A stretch of DNA of 64,000 nucleotides from Octopus bimaculoides (taxonomy: Eukaryota): contig NC_068994.1 of the NCBI RefSeq assembly GCF_001194135.2, positions 59,698,088 through 59,762,087 of the forward strand, in the 5' to 3' direction. The position numbers were made by a program, and so were the translations under genes. This document shows positions 50,415 through 63,974 of the stretch, in pieces. The notes under the pieces are model-generated. The model saw only the letters and a list, made by a program, of their open reading frames with translations, made no database searches and was not told the DNA's origin. The stretch's first letter is position 1. The number at the start of each line of letters is the position of its first letter.

Positions 50415-51550
50415 AGCAAAGTTCAGGGTGAGGTTAGAGGCGTATTGTTATTTTTGGTTGATTTTGGCACCACTCGTGTTGTGCTGGTGGTGCTGGTGGT
50501 GGTGCCGATGTAGGTCAGTGGGTGATGGAGATTGAATTCATCGATCTTCTTCACTCCACCTCAACCTCTAAACATCTTTTTTTTCTTTTTGTTCTTTACT
50601 TTAGTTTCTTCCTACTTATTTTGTGTATATTTTATCTTCACACAATCACACACACACACACATATAAATGAACATGTGTGTTTGTGCGTATATATACATA
50701 CACATATATATGTGTGTGGGTATTCATATATACAAACACGCACACATTAAACTGTTAGTGATTCACCACTACATTATTTAAAGTTTCACATGTACGGTAT
50801 GTCTGTGATTGGTCAGAGGCACAAAACCTATCTGAAAGATCATTAACCGTTTAATTATAAATGTTAACTTGTACAACATCAAGTGCTCTTTCATTTGTGG
50901 CAATAAAATTTTGTGAATATTTATTATCTGTTGTATGTGTCTGCACACATGCCATCATTGTCATCGTTTTGTCTCTGAACATGGGTTGAACAGCTGGTCA
51001 CAGACCAAATCAGCTCTAATTTTGTGCTGTCAGCCTCTCACATGGGTCAGGAGACAAACCCTTATCCAGCCATTTCTACAGCTTCATCCCCATTCTAACA
51101 TCGACTATTCTACACAGTATGCACACACACACACATTATATAGGTGTACTCACCAACACATATACATGTATGTGTATACATATACATCTTTGTGTATATT
51201 ATATGCATATGGAATGGATTATATGTATTTGTAAATATGTGTGTGCGTGTGCATGTGTGTGTGTGTGTGTGTGCGTGTACATGTGTCTCTCATCAACCCT
51301 TTCAGCCGTCTTTTACACTCTGAGAGGACAAACCTTTTTCTGAAACTAAGAATTCCAACTCACAGCATTCTTTTTCTCAGAGGTTTGTGACTTTCTTCTT
51401 TGAACTTTTGTCCAAACAAGTCTGGCTGATGGAATAAATGTTCCTCATGGAGAACCGGTTGTCAGAAATAGTTATGAGATCAAACTGATTCATCTTAATC
51501 CAATGTCCTCAGTATCCCTGTGTTCATAAACCCACTTACAAACACAGGAA

Positions 51551-51599
<49 letters not shown>

Positions 51600-51600
51600 G

Positions 51601-51635
<35 letters not shown>

Positions 51636-51958
51636 ATACATNNNNNNNNNNNNNNNNNNNNNNNNNNNNNNNNNNNNNNNNNNNNNNNNNNNNNNNNNNN
51701 NNNNNNNNNNNNNNNNATATATATATATATATATATACATATGTATGTATGTAAATATGAATGTACAGACATATGTATGTTTATATGCATGTACATATAT
51801 ACGTATATATGATGGTACTCTGCACAACTTCCATCTACCAAATTCCACAAGTGAGGTATTGGTCAACTCAAGGCTAGGGATGAAGGCACTTGCTCAAGGT
51901 GGAACCTGCAACAATCTAGTTACAAAGCAGATTTCTTAACCATCAGCCATTCTTGCAC

Positions 51959-51997
<39 letters not shown>

Positions 51998-53773
51998 CAT
52001 ACACACATGCACACACACACACACCCATATATCATTTATCTATGTATAGGTACATGTGTGTACATGTGTGTATGTGAAAACACACACACACACAAATGTG
52101 AATGTGCTAAGACTGACAAGACCACTCAGCCTATATCTTTGCTGCTGGACATGTGCTCGGCCTTGCAAAGAAAGCCTTACCGAACTCCTTCTCTTCAAAC
52201 CCCACCTCTCTCCACACCTCCACCATTCTTCCTAGCCATCCACTTCATGACTAAAACTCTCATCAATCATTAATACATCAATCATTAATACATCCCGTCA
52301 GTTCAAGTTATAATCTAACGTTATTTAATGATTCAACAGCATTTTATAGCTGAGTGCATTCTTCGCACCACTCCAACACTGACCACCATCACATATGCAC
52401 AACTCTTTTGTAACAACAACAACAACAATAATATTATTTTTTCTATTGGCCACAAGAACCGCAAAAACATTTAGAACAATTCAAAGACAAAGGACAGTTG
52501 GGATTTGCAAAGAAATGGGTAAACAGTAAAACAATAACAATTTGCAAAAACCTCTCAATAAATAAAATCCCCAGAAAGGCTGGAAAATGCCACCCTGGGG
52601 CAACCAAGGAAGCCCACAAATCCTGGCCTCCCTATTCACCAGGACATTCATGGCAAATGCTCCTCTTTCCTCGCCCATATTCCTCAGCCTACAGGGACCA
52701 GCTTAGAGTAGGCCCACTCACTTGAGCTATCCAACAAATTTACTGGGGAAGTAGGGGAAACACATCCCTCTTAACACTCATCTTCCTTTCTAAATGGAAT
52801 TTTAAAAAGTTGGTGAGGCCTTGGCCAAACAGGAAAGTGTCTATCTTCAATCCAATTCACTTCACAACCTCTTTCGTCATACCTACCAGACAGCAGAAAA
52901 CTGCTTGCCCTTCCCAACCAAAGGAAGGTGACAGGGTGAGCTTCACAATAGAGTTGGCTGAACTCTCAGAACTGTCCTACACTTGATAGCAGCTGTTCGA
53001 CAGAGTTCCATAAGTCAGCAATATCTCGACATCATCAATAAATCCCCAATAGCCTCCAATAATAACTCTTTTAGACCCCCCCCCCCCCACAAGCCTAAAA
53101 GGCTCATCCCAATNNNNNNNNNNCCCCCCCCCCCCCACAAGCCTAAAAGGCTCATCCCAATATCGTTTCGTCCTTCTGACAACATTTCCATTTTATGGAT
53201 TTCCAGAAATATTGTCTCCAACTTCAATGTTTCCAGAAGCATGGTTGTCCACATGTATGTTTATATGTGTGTGTATATAAATGCATATATGTGTGTATGT
53301 GTGTGAGTGGAGATACATGTGTGTGTATGTGTATATGTTTATATATGTTTGTATATAAAAGCATGTGTATGCATGTATGTTTTGAAGTGTGTTTGTATAT
53401 GTATATGTTGATAGATGTGTGCGTGCATGCGTGTGTGTGTGTGTGTGTGTGTGTAAGATCTAAGTAATAGTCATAATATTTTCCTTAATAGTAATAACAA
53501 TGGTAAGAAATATGTTTGTTGTTTGATATTATAAGGTCAATGAATGTCAGGCCTGAATGTTTCTCTTTTCTCCAACTTTTCCTACCACCACCACCACCAC
53601 CACCACTACTGCCACCAATACCATCCACCCCACCACCCATTCATTTGATATCAACCACTCCTTTCGTCCAGCTTTAGGTCAATAATTCTTCTAATCTGCT
53701 TGAAGTTTGATTAATGAGAGATTGGTTGCTTAATTATAGCTGTTGATGGACTGATATGCATACACACACATAC

Positions 53774-53815
<42 letters not shown>

Positions 53816-53989
53816 CTAGATATGTGGATATATATACATATATATATATGTGTGTGTGTATATATATATATATATGTATGTATATCTTGAGATAGATATA
53901 CATAGATTGATACTTACATAAATACTTGGACACATAGGTAAGTAAATATGTAACAAGATTTGTGAAGAGTGAGGCTGGTTGGCACATAG

Positions 53990-54040
<51 letters not shown>

Positions 54041-54539
54041 AGAGAGAAGGAGATAGATGTAGCCAATGAAGCCAATAAACAGTGAAAATAGACAAATATA
54101 GATGCGTAGAAATAAATGTAAAAATATTTCACGGGTTTGTGTGTGTGTGTGTGTGTGTGTGCATGTGTGCGTGTGTGCTTAAATAGATGATGTTGTGATG
54201 AGTATACACCCATTGATTAAAAGACAAATCAATCCATCTTGTCTGATGAAGGAACATGTGGGTGGCACTGTCCCCCGCCCCCGCCCCTCCTGAATTCATC
54301 ATCATCATCATAACCATGAGTACTTCGGTTACCTAAAAGAATATGTGCTACCTGAACATTGGTAGTCATTAAATTGGTTTTCCTACTTCAGAAGAAATAT
54401 TCTCAATTCCTCTAAATTACCACCATGCACCCCCTCCAGCTACCTCACTGACCATTTGACCCTCAGATCCTCATCTGTTTTCCTGATTCCTCTGCAAATT
54501 GATGCCCAGACATCTTGAGAAGAAGACCCATCGAGCGGA

Positions 54540-54770
54540 GCAAAATCGCAGTCGTGGCAGGCATTGGTGTCACGCAAATGGCACCCGTGCCAGGGACACA
54601 TAAAAAGCACCCATTACACTCTCAGAGTGGTTGGCATCAGGAAGGGCATCCAGCCATAGAAAACCATGCCAAATCAGACTGGAGTCTGGTGCAATCTTCC
54701 AGCATGCCAGCCCTGGTCAAACTGTCCAACCCATGCCAGCATAGACAATGGACGTTAAATGATGATGACA
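54540..54770 (+). mobile_element. RTE-tailed short retroposon
   Basis: gtggttggcatcaggaagggcatccagccatagaaa...ccatgccagcatagacaatggacgttaaatgatgatg. Confidence 0.85.
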
Positions 54771-55051
54771 TCCTCTCCTAATTATCTTTCTAGTTCTGTT
54801 CAACTGAAGTTGTTGTCATTTAGCTCTGCCTCATGAAAGCCTGGATCTGACAGACTGAATCCAACAGATCATTGACCTGTTGCTAGTTGGACAAATCACC
54901 GAATTCATTGATTAAGTCTTCTGACTTTACCACTCCATTTAATGGACTCCAACATCCAGGAGTTGTTATTGTTTGGTAAACATCTGATCATTTTTCAACC
55001 TTTGAAGAAGATTTGACTGCTACCTCTTGCACATCAAATGACCATCTAGAG

Positions 55052-55333
55052 CAGTGGTTCTCAAAGAGGGAGGTATATACCCCCCCCCCCTGGGGGCAGT
55101 GGAAAGTTCCAAGAGGGCGTTGAAGAAAAGTGGAGTGATAAGGAGGGAGTGATTCATGTAAAAACAACAAAATGATGGGTTTGTTGGATAAAGTTTTATT
55201 TGTGAAATAGAGTTGCTTTGAATTTGCTTCAGAAAAGGGTCTGAGTTTGTGATGGTTAGTTGGGGTGGGGGTGCTAAGAATGTGGTCTGGGTGTCAAGTG
55301 GGGTGGCAGCCCGGAAAAGGTTGGGAACCACTG
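55052..55333. mobile_element. hAT-Charlie-type MITE, 282 bp
   Basis: TIRs CAGTGGTTCTCAA / TTGGGAACCACTG. Flanks ATCTAGAG (55044-55051) and ATCTTAGAG (55334-55342) fit an 8-bp NTCTAGAN target duplication with one inserted base. Confidence 0.9.
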
Positions 55334-55805
55334 ATCTTAGAGCATTAAACAAGGGAGCTTATGAACAATATTTTCCTCTTTCCTGGCATTGTAGACCAAA
55401 CATGCCGGTACAACACCTTCATTTCAAACATTACAAAAGACTGCCTGTTGGTCGTCCCGGTGTAACGGATTCTTGTTCTAGCCTTTTCTCTGTTTTCTTT
55501 TCTTGTTTCATCTAATTAAACATTTATTCATTTCTTTAATAACCTTCCACCATTATTTCTCGTCAGCTGCTGTCTTCTCCCAGGCACTCACTCTCGCACA
55601 TCATCTCTTCACTGACATGTCCTTTGATGACAGTCTTATATAACAATACATAAGGCCACACATCCCACCCCCCTGTGTGACTAAATCCCATTATTACAGA
55701 CTCAACACTGCTGGACCACTCGGTTGGCGTGGTCTAATCAAGAACTGCTTATTATAGATTGTAGCTGGAACAAATGATTGATAGATAGATAGATAGATGG
55801 ATATG

Positions 55806-56076
55806 TTTCTTTATTAGTCACACCCGGCTGAACACAGAGGGGCCAAAATACAATGTAAAGCTTTTCTTTTGAAGGTCGACCCAGGATGGCATAGTTGCTT
55901 GAGGGCAATACGACACTCGTGGTCCCATTTGCCCTTCCTCGGTCTCTTTTTGGTACGCAACTGCAGTTCAGTCATAGAGACAAGCTGCGGGAAAGTGCAC
56001 CTCACAAACGGCAACCACACCTGTTCACTGTCGTCTACGTAGAGCGGGAAATGTCGCAGTCTCAGCGCGTTTGCAC
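55806..56076 (-). mobile_element. GC/CpG-rich retroposon fragment ending AATAAAGAAA before (ATCT)n
   Basis: Abrupt rise in GC and CpG, with a tail-like end on the minus strand. Confidence 0.5.
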
Positions 56077-56258
56077 ATCATCAACCATGGCATGCCCAGC
56101 CCTCCTTTTAGTGGGTGTTGGCAGCAAACGGATTGCCTGACCATTGGCATGCTTCCTTTCCACAAGAGGTGAGCATTAGTGAGAGGAAGGGCATCCAGCC
56201 ATAGAAAATCTGCCTCAACAAATCCCATCTTTTCCATGCAAGCATGGAAAAGGGGACC

Positions 56259-56312
56259 CTAACCCTTCAGCATTCAGATTATTCTGTCAAATATAATCCT
56301 TATTTATTCACA

Positions 56313-56345
<33 letters not shown>

Positions 56346-56657
56346 GTTTAACGTCCGCTTTCCATGCTAGCATGGGTTGGACGATTTGACTGAGGACTGG
56401 TGAAACCAGATGGTTACACCAGTCTCAAATCTGATCTGGCAGAGTTTCTACAGCTGGATGCCCTTCCTAATGCCAACCACTCCAAGAGTGTAGTGGGTGC
56501 TTTTATGTGCCACCAGCATTGAGTTTTTGATGATGTGACTTTTTTTGGAATGACATTGTAGGGTAGGTGTGAGAGGCCGGATTTAGCTGGTTTGAACATA
56601 AAACTGGTCGAATATTTTGGGCTCTGGATCGGACTAGTTTAAATGCTAAAGGGTCGA
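56259..56657. mobile_element. MITE with CCCTT(C/T)AGCATT TIRs (piggyBac-like, degenerate TTAA flanks), interrupted by a young RTE-tailed element at 56315-56517
   Basis: ctaa-CCCTTCAGCATT (56263-56274) and AATGCTAAAGGG-tcga (56642-56653). The inserted copy is homologous to 5239. Confidence 0.7.
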
Positions 56658-56828
56658 ATGGTGATGATGAGCTCGCACGCACACACACACACATAAATGA
56701 GTGTAAAAATCATACAGTGAAATCCTTGAGTTTGGCTCAGTTCAAATGCCATGGGATGAAAAGAAGCCGAACATTTTGGAACTAATCTTTTGTCCGAGTA
56801 AAAAAGAGAAAATTTTTCCACAGTGTCC

Positions 56829-56866
<38 letters not shown>

Positions 56867-57327
56867 GGATGGGGTGCAGACATAAAGGTGAATGGAAATA
56901 CTGACAGAATGTGATAGGAACCAGAGTTCAGTGCACAGCTTTGCTCCACCATTTCTATAACATTGTCTGGCTTTGACTCATAAATAAGACAGCATAAACT
57001 GATGAATGGATCTATTGAAACTTTAGTTACAGATTGGTATTGAACCAGTCGTTGTTGTTGGTGTTGTTGTTCCCCGGTCTACACCCAAACATCCATCTCT
57101 ATTGAATGGCTTCGCTTTAAAAAGCAGATCTATTGAATTAACTCATGTTAAACAGGATTATAGTTGGATGTTAGGGTTGTCAGAGAGAAAGGGGTGGCAA
57201 ATAGAGACGATGGAGAAATAGGAGAGGGGGAGAGTGAAATAGATTTAAAGGAGGGAGAGGAGGGAGAGCGAGCGAGAGAGAGACAGCGTGTGTGTGTGTG
57301 TGATTGAATGAATGAGGGAGGGAAAGG

Positions 57328-57367
<40 letters not shown>

Positions 57368-60188
57368 GGGNNNNNNNNNNNNNNNNNNNNNNNNNNNNNN
57401 NNNNNNNNNNNNNNNNNNNNNNNNNNNNNNNNNNNNNNNNNNNNNNNNNNNNNNNNNNNNNNNNNNNNNNNNNNNNNNNNNNNNNNNNNNNNNNNNNNNN
57501 NNNNNNNNNNNNNNNNNNNNNNNNNNNNNNNNNNNNNNNNNNNNNNNNNNNNNNNNNNNNNNNNNNNNNNNNNNNNNNNNNNNNNNNNNNNNNNNNNNNN
57601 NNNNNNNNNNNNNNNNNNNNNNNNNNNNNNNNNNNNNNNNNNNNNNNNNNNNNNNNNNNNNNNNNNNNNNNNNNNNNNNNNNNNNNNNNNNNNNNNNNNN
57701 NNNNNNNNNNNNNNNNNNNNNNNNNNNNNNNNNNNNNNNNNNNNNNNNNNNNNNNNNNNNNNNNNNNNNNNNNNNNNNNNNNNNNNNNNNNNNNNNNNNN
57801 NNNNNNNNNNNNNNNNNNNNNNNNNNNNNNNNNNNNNNNNNNNNNNNNNNNNNNNNNNNNNNNNNNNNNNNNNNNNNNNNNNNNNNNNNNNNNNNNNNNN
57901 NNNNNNNNNNNNNNNNNNNNNNNNNNNNNNNNNNNNNNNNNNNNNNNNNNNNNNNNNNNNNNNNNNNNNNNNNNNNNNNNNNNNNNNNNNNNNNNNNNNN
58001 NNNNNNNNNNNNNNNNNNNNNNNNNNNNNNNNNNNNNNNNNNNNNNNNNNNNNNNNNNNNNNACTTTCAATTTATTACATAAACTAACTCTTTTATTCAG
58101 TTTGTTTCCTTTCTGATTGGAAAAAACATTCAGACGACCAGAAGAAAGAATTAAGAAGGCAAAGAAAAAAAGGGAAACAAAAATATATTAAACAATGAAA
58201 AAAATATAAAATACAACTAAACTGATGATAATGGAATTGGTATGCTGGAAGAAATAAATGTGAAGCATTTATAGACATTATGCTTATTAAAACAGATTGA
58301 GTGAAAATGGTTTTTTTTTTACTTTTTTTTTTTTTTTAGTGAGAGTTTCTATAAAAATTCCATTGCAACCTCCTACATTAGTCGACTTATATCATAATAT
58401 CGTTTGATCGACTTATAATACGTTTTCTTGTTTTCCTTTTCTAAATTTGGGGTTGTTATACATTTTTACATATTTTTCTTTCTTTCTTTTTTTTTGTATT
58501 TCTTCTGTTCTTTTTCCCTCTTTTTCCTTTCACTACCAATTTCCAATCAAAATGGTTTGTAGTCTTTCTTCAATAGTTTGCTGGCCGATGCTGTCGGATA
58601 CAATTACCAACATTTTCAGGTATTTTCTTTGATGGTGTCGGATTTTTTTGTTTTGTTTTCCTTCTCCTCTCTCTTCTCTTCTGAATAAAGAGATTTGCTT
58701 GCAAAATAGGGTCTAGTTGTGTTAATAACTGTATGAGTTTTATCATTCTTGACACGAGTGTCTTACACAAAATGACTCCTAAAGTCGTTGAATGGAAAGC
58801 TGATGGCTTGTGTGAACTTATGAGAAGATAGAGAGACAGACAATAAAACCATGGGAGGAGTAGGGGGAGAGAAAAGTCTGGCATAGAAATCGATCAATCA
58901 ATTGATAGATATTATGATAGACAGACAGAAAGATAGACGTAGACGTTGAAATGGTACAACAAACAGGTTGGAAGAAATTGATGGATACACAACGTCAAAG
59001 GGGTTTATATTTGTGTGTGTATCAGTTGACTGACACTCCCGACTCCCACCCCTAATCGTCTGATATCTGTAATGATGTTCAATCAAAGAGTACGCTATTA
59101 AAATATATTTTACAACTGGGAGATTCGTTGTAGCTGAATGGATGAATAGAAGACATTGTTTTGAATCAAGCAGAGAATTATAAATAATTTTTAGAACTCT
59201 TTGACCTGACAGTGATAGCAAAAGGCATTTCCAGTTTGTTAGAAGCAGTATACATCATAGTTCAAACAGCAGAACACATCCCAAATTGAGTTGATGAAAT
59301 TCTGCATCATGAGCAGGTCATGTGTCTACAACTCATCATTGTCTCCCTGGTTCCTTTAAGGGTCAGTAACTTCTATTTTAATAACCTACTTTTATCCCAT
59401 GTTGGCTTAAATATATATATGTTGCATATAAATACATTTCCCCCCACCATCGCCATTTCTATCACTGGCAATGTTGCCTATGGAAGCAAACTGTGACACA
59501 AAAACTGTCTCAAAGTTTTCAACTGGTCAATGGCACGAAAACATTTGAAAAATATTGCAGAAAAGGCCCAAGGCACAGAGAGAACACCTCAGTGGTTCTC
59601 TTGTGGACTGCCCCCCCCCCACCACCACCTANNNNNNNNNNAGTGGTTCTCTTGTGGACTGCCCCCCCCCCACCACCACCTATGGTGACCAAGGAACGGA
59701 ATAAGAAAAAGAGGGGGAAATGACAGAAAAAGATTTGGGTTGGTGGAAGGAGCAAGAGCGTGTAGAGAAAAAAGGGCCGGGTGGGGGAATGAAGTAAGAG
59801 TAAGAGTAGGTGATGGGTGGCAAGGAAAGAGAGAAGTGGCTGGCAGCACAGGGTATTGGATGAGGGCTATACAGTTTAGTCCCTTATATATAGGCCGAGT
59901 GAAAGGGTAAGAGGGTCAGTGAAAAATAAGTTGGTCAGCACTGCGCATGGGCAGATGATAGATGGAGGACTACAAGTGCTAAAGAGATGGGTAAGACAGA
60001 AAAGTGTGCAATATGTGCAGGAGAGATGAGCGGCCAAGCGTGCAAGATGAGAGGACAGCAAATGTAGGCCTGACAGTACAGAATCTCCTAAGTCAACCTC
60101 AAGCCTCTACCTTTCTGCCAGGGTACATTTTACCACAGGTAGTTGGCTATTCTTCACTACCATGAATCACTGATCAGTCTGATTGTTT

Positions 60189-60510
60189 GTCATCTCCTCA
60201 CCAACACATGCAGAATCTTCAGGTTAGTCTTCACTATTTTGTCCCAAGTCTTTCTCAATCTGCCTCTTCCACAGATTTCACAAACTTGAAATGCATGGCA
60301 CTTCCACACACAAAAAATGCCCAGAGGAGCACAACTTTCTCTCTTGATTCCTGTCATACTCACTTTTTCTCTCTCAGTTCATTCGTACACACCCATTGGA
60401 GCATGCTTGCTTCACTTCTTTCTAGACTTCACAAGATTTTTGCATTTAGAACTTATTTCAATCTACTAATCACGATCACAGTTCCAACATAAGCAACATA
60501 CAATCTTCCC
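60189..60510 (-). mobile_element. RTE LINE reverse transcriptase C-terminal fossil
   Basis: Collinear GRLYVAYVGTV, SLERSEASMLQWVC and CGRGRLRKTWDKIVKTNLKIL (60273-60211). Confidence 0.8.
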
Positions 60511-60714
60511 TTCACTCTGAGGGAGAGGACCTTTGTTGCCAGCGCCTATACTTACTTGACTGGCCCTTTATTTTATTGACCCCCCCCCCAAAGGATGAAA
60601 GGCAAACTTGACTTCACAGGGATTTGACCTGTAAGTATAAAAAAGCAGGACTAAAATACCATGAGGTATTTTAGTTCACCACTGTAATGGTATGACTCCA
60701 TTACAAAATGTTGT

Positions 60715-60958
60715 GGAGACACATGGCTTAGTGGTTAGGGTGTTGAACTGATGATTGTAAGATTCTGGTTTCAATTCCTGAACTGGGCAACACGTGTTCT
60801 TCAAACACTTCATTTCACATTGCTCCAGTCCACTAAGGTGGCAAAAAGGAGGAACCCTGTGACTGACCGGTGTCCCATCCAGGTAGGGAATATATATGCC
60901 ATGAAACCGGGAACCTGACCCTTGTGAATCGACATGACTCGAGAAGGTAACTTTATTA
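60715..60958 (+). mobile_element. tRNA-derived SINE with central conserved domain
   Basis: A box tggcttagtgg, B box ggtttcaattcc, then acacttcatttcacattgctccagtccac core. Confidence 0.75.
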
Positions 60959-62564
60959 GAATATGTGTAGTGAAAATCTGATGATTGTTTGAATCTATGA
61001 AATGAAGGTCATGATAGATTACCTCCATCTTGCTTACGTTTTATAACAGTTCCCTGATTTAAATAGAAATGGTAGCCAGAGCCTAGGGGCATGGCAGAAA
61101 TATTGAGGTATTGGTACTAAATAAATATTGAAAGGCATTGAACTCTGAACCACCAATAAATGAAATCACCATCAACGGTGAATAGAATGGTATAATAGTA
61201 TTTCTCCCATGTGAAGGTGCATGTATATGTACATATATATATGTAATAAAATGTATGTATAAATATGTGTATATATTTATGTGTGTGTACATACAGCTGT
61301 GTTTGTGTTTATATATATCATCATCACCGTCATAATATATAAATAAATATATTCAGCTTTTTCTAGTAATAGTTTTGGCAAGCCCTTCTGGCACCAGTGT
61401 GTACAATGGTGCATATTGGTCATTCCCAGCAGTCGTTAGATATTAACCTACCTGGCATGCTCACATATGAAACTCCTCACCCCTGTCAGTGATACCATTA
61501 GCGTGTGTGTGTGTGTGTGTGTGTACAGATTTTACCACAAAAGACCTCTCCAAAAGTGCAAACATGGTGAAATAAAATTCAAAAGAATAGTGGTAGTGAA
61601 AGACTGAGAAGTATATTTACGTGTGTGTGTGTAGGACTGTGGGACAAGTCATCAAATCTTGATAACTAATCATATTTCAATGTATTTAAAAACAGTTTTG
61701 CTTCTATATTCTCGTATTGTTTCCTTTCTTCTATTTGTAATAGGATGCAAAAAACTCCAGCTTCTAATAAAATACACTTTACAGGATGGATTCATTAATT
61801 ATTCCTTTAGTTGAAAATTCAAATATATATATATATGTGTGTGTGTGTGTGTATGTGTGTGTAAAAATATATATATGTGTGTGTGTACATGTATGTGTGT
61901 ATACATGTATATGTGTGTTTGTAAGAGTGAGAGACCTGTGTATTTATAGAGCTGTGTACCTTTTATTTTTCTCACCATTGATGCTTGCTTGATGCTTTCC
62001 ACACTCAACTGGCTAAATTCGTTGACCCCTGGGAAATGCCTGATGTGTGTGTTTAATACCCAGAGGTCTACAATGACTTAACCTTTTAACGGCTGATCAT
62101 TTGACCTTTAAAATAATATCGCATAATTAAGATGCCAATAATTGTAAGATATGAAAATGAAATTTATCAATGATTTAAACAATGTATGCAAAAACTTGTC
62201 TCTGCTGAAGATATTTAGCATCAGACATGTTTGTTTGAATGTAAGTACATAAATAATGCATGTATCTGTGTGTGTATGCATGTTTGTGTGCATATGTGTG
62301 TATGCATGTGTGTATGTGTGTGTAGGTGTGTGTGCATGTTTGTGTGTCTGTGTGTCCCCCCACCACCATCACTTGACAGCTAGTGTTGGTTTGTTTACAT
62401 CCCTGAAAAAATAAGTATCAGGCTAAAAAGAGTAGAACAGGTCCTGGGGTTGACTCATTCAACTAAAGAATTCTTCAAGGTGGTGCTCCAGTATGGCCAT
62501 AGTCTAATGACTGAAACAGGTAAAACTATTGCTAATCATAGCAAGGCATGGTAATAAACCTGTT

Positions 62565-62672
62565 CCAGTAAGTGTGTGTATATAAACACATGCCAGTCAG
62601 TGTGTATATAAACACACTCTATCCAGTAAGTGTGTATATATATAAACACACACTAGTCAGTGTGTCTATAAC
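62565..62672. repeat. 28-30-bp minisatellite, 4 units (CCAGT(A/C)AGTGTGTATATAAACAC)
   Basis: Units at 62565, 62593, 62623 and 62653. Confidence 0.8.
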
Positions 62673-63208
62673 CCTACATTTATATCGTCTGTTGGTGTTT
62701 TTGAGTCCAAACTGTAAATTCTAGCCTCTCTTTGTTGATCTGTTTTCAAAATCAACTGCTTTAGTCATTTGTTCTGTCTCTGGTTATTGAGTCTGTGAGG
62801 TTCTTGTGAGGAACTAATGGTTCAACTGTTCTAAATTTGTCTGATTAATCGTAGAACTAAATAGGTGTCAATCCCGTATTCAAGGTGTACTGTATTCAAG
62901 CACTAGTTCTATCGATTTTCTATTTCCTATATTATTAACAAACACAATGTACTCTTGTTTAAACATACACTGTTTATCTTATAGAATCATGTTCAACTGA
63001 GAGCATTCACCATACCCTCTTGCATTTCCTTTCCATAAACCACAGTAGTTTATGTTTGTGGTTGGTTGACTGTAAGGGACATCTACTAACGGATCTGTAT
63101 AATGGCTCTCTATACTTATCTCTACCTTTATAAATGTTCTGAAGAAGATAGAGCCGTGATGCAGTTCTAATGCCATTCCTCATTATTTTCAGTTATATCT
63201 CATTATAC

Positions 63209-63271
63209 ACACTCATTCAAATATGATATACACTCATTCAAACTTGATATACACTTATTCAAACATGAGAT
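63209..63271. repeat. 21-bp tandem repeat, 3 units (ACACTCATTCAAA.ATGATAT)
   Basis: Units at 63209, 63230 and 63251. Confidence 0.85.
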
Positions 63272-63280
63272 ATATATATA

Positions 63281-63644
63281 CCCTTTTACTTGTTTCAGTC
63301 ATTTGATTATGGCCATGCTGGAGCACCGCCTTTAGTCAAGCAAATCGACCCCAGGACTTATTCTTTGTAAGCCTAGTACTTATTCTATCGGTCTCTTTTT
63401 GCCGAACTGTTAAGTTACGGGGACATAAACACACCTGCATCAGTTGTCAAGCGATGGTGGGGGAACAAACACAGACACACAAACACACATACATATACAT
63501 ATATATATATACATATATACGACGGGCTTCTTTCAGTTTCCGTCTACCTAATCCACTCACAAGGCTTTGGTCGGCCCGAAGCTATAGTAGAAGACACTTG
63601 CCCAAGGTGCCACGCAGTGGGACTGAACCCAGAACCATGTGGTT
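63281..63644 (-). mobile_element. Nearly full-length young tRNA-derived SINE with internal microsatellite
   Basis: On minus: head with gggttcagtcccactgcgtggcaccttgggcaagtgtctt, (TA/CA) centre and tail ggtgctccagcatggcc..atgactgaaacaagtaaaag. Older partial copies at 1672, 31180, 39757, 44955, 49410, 51810 and 62340. Confidence 0.85.
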
Positions 63645-63974
63645 CTCTATTGAACAGGCTACAATGCTGATACATTTTATCTTAAGAAAGTTTCTCTAAT
63701 TCTTTCAGAGAAATATTTTCATCAAATCAAATCGAAACATTTGTAAATAGGCATTTTTTAAATCTCTTTTTCTGCCCTATTTCCTATGTCAGTATGTTTG
63801 AGACATGTCTTCTGGTTGCTCTGTCTTTTTCAGACATAATTTCTTATGTGTATGGTGGGGGATATTTTTCTGTTCTAATTCTGTAGAACTGACAAAGTTT
63901 CTACAATACATCGTTACCAACTCTGATTATATATTCAATTTTTGCTTACACTGAACAATCTTTGAGACTGGAAT

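Noticed and set aside
53076-53161. 38-bp direct duplication
   Set aside because: The copies flank a 10-N gap and end next to a poly-C run, typical of an unmerged contig overlap.
54240-54270. CTGATGAAGGA as a hammerhead
   Set aside because: No complementary stem II and no downstream GAAAC.
59591-59682. 41-bp direct duplication
   Set aside because: Same unmerged-overlap artefact around a 10-N gap.
59925-60065. Possible + strand RTE remnant (ADDRW...RPS), and a CR1-like stretch near 45740-45880
   Set aside because: Each needs several assumed frameshifts, too weak to call by eye.
60548-60555. ATACTTAC as a U1 snRNA 5' end
   Set aside because: The following sequence does not match U1.
62979-63176. 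Minus-strand ORF as a PLE reverse transcriptase fragment
   Set aside because: Only a vague YSQPT resemblance, with no collinear supporting motifs.
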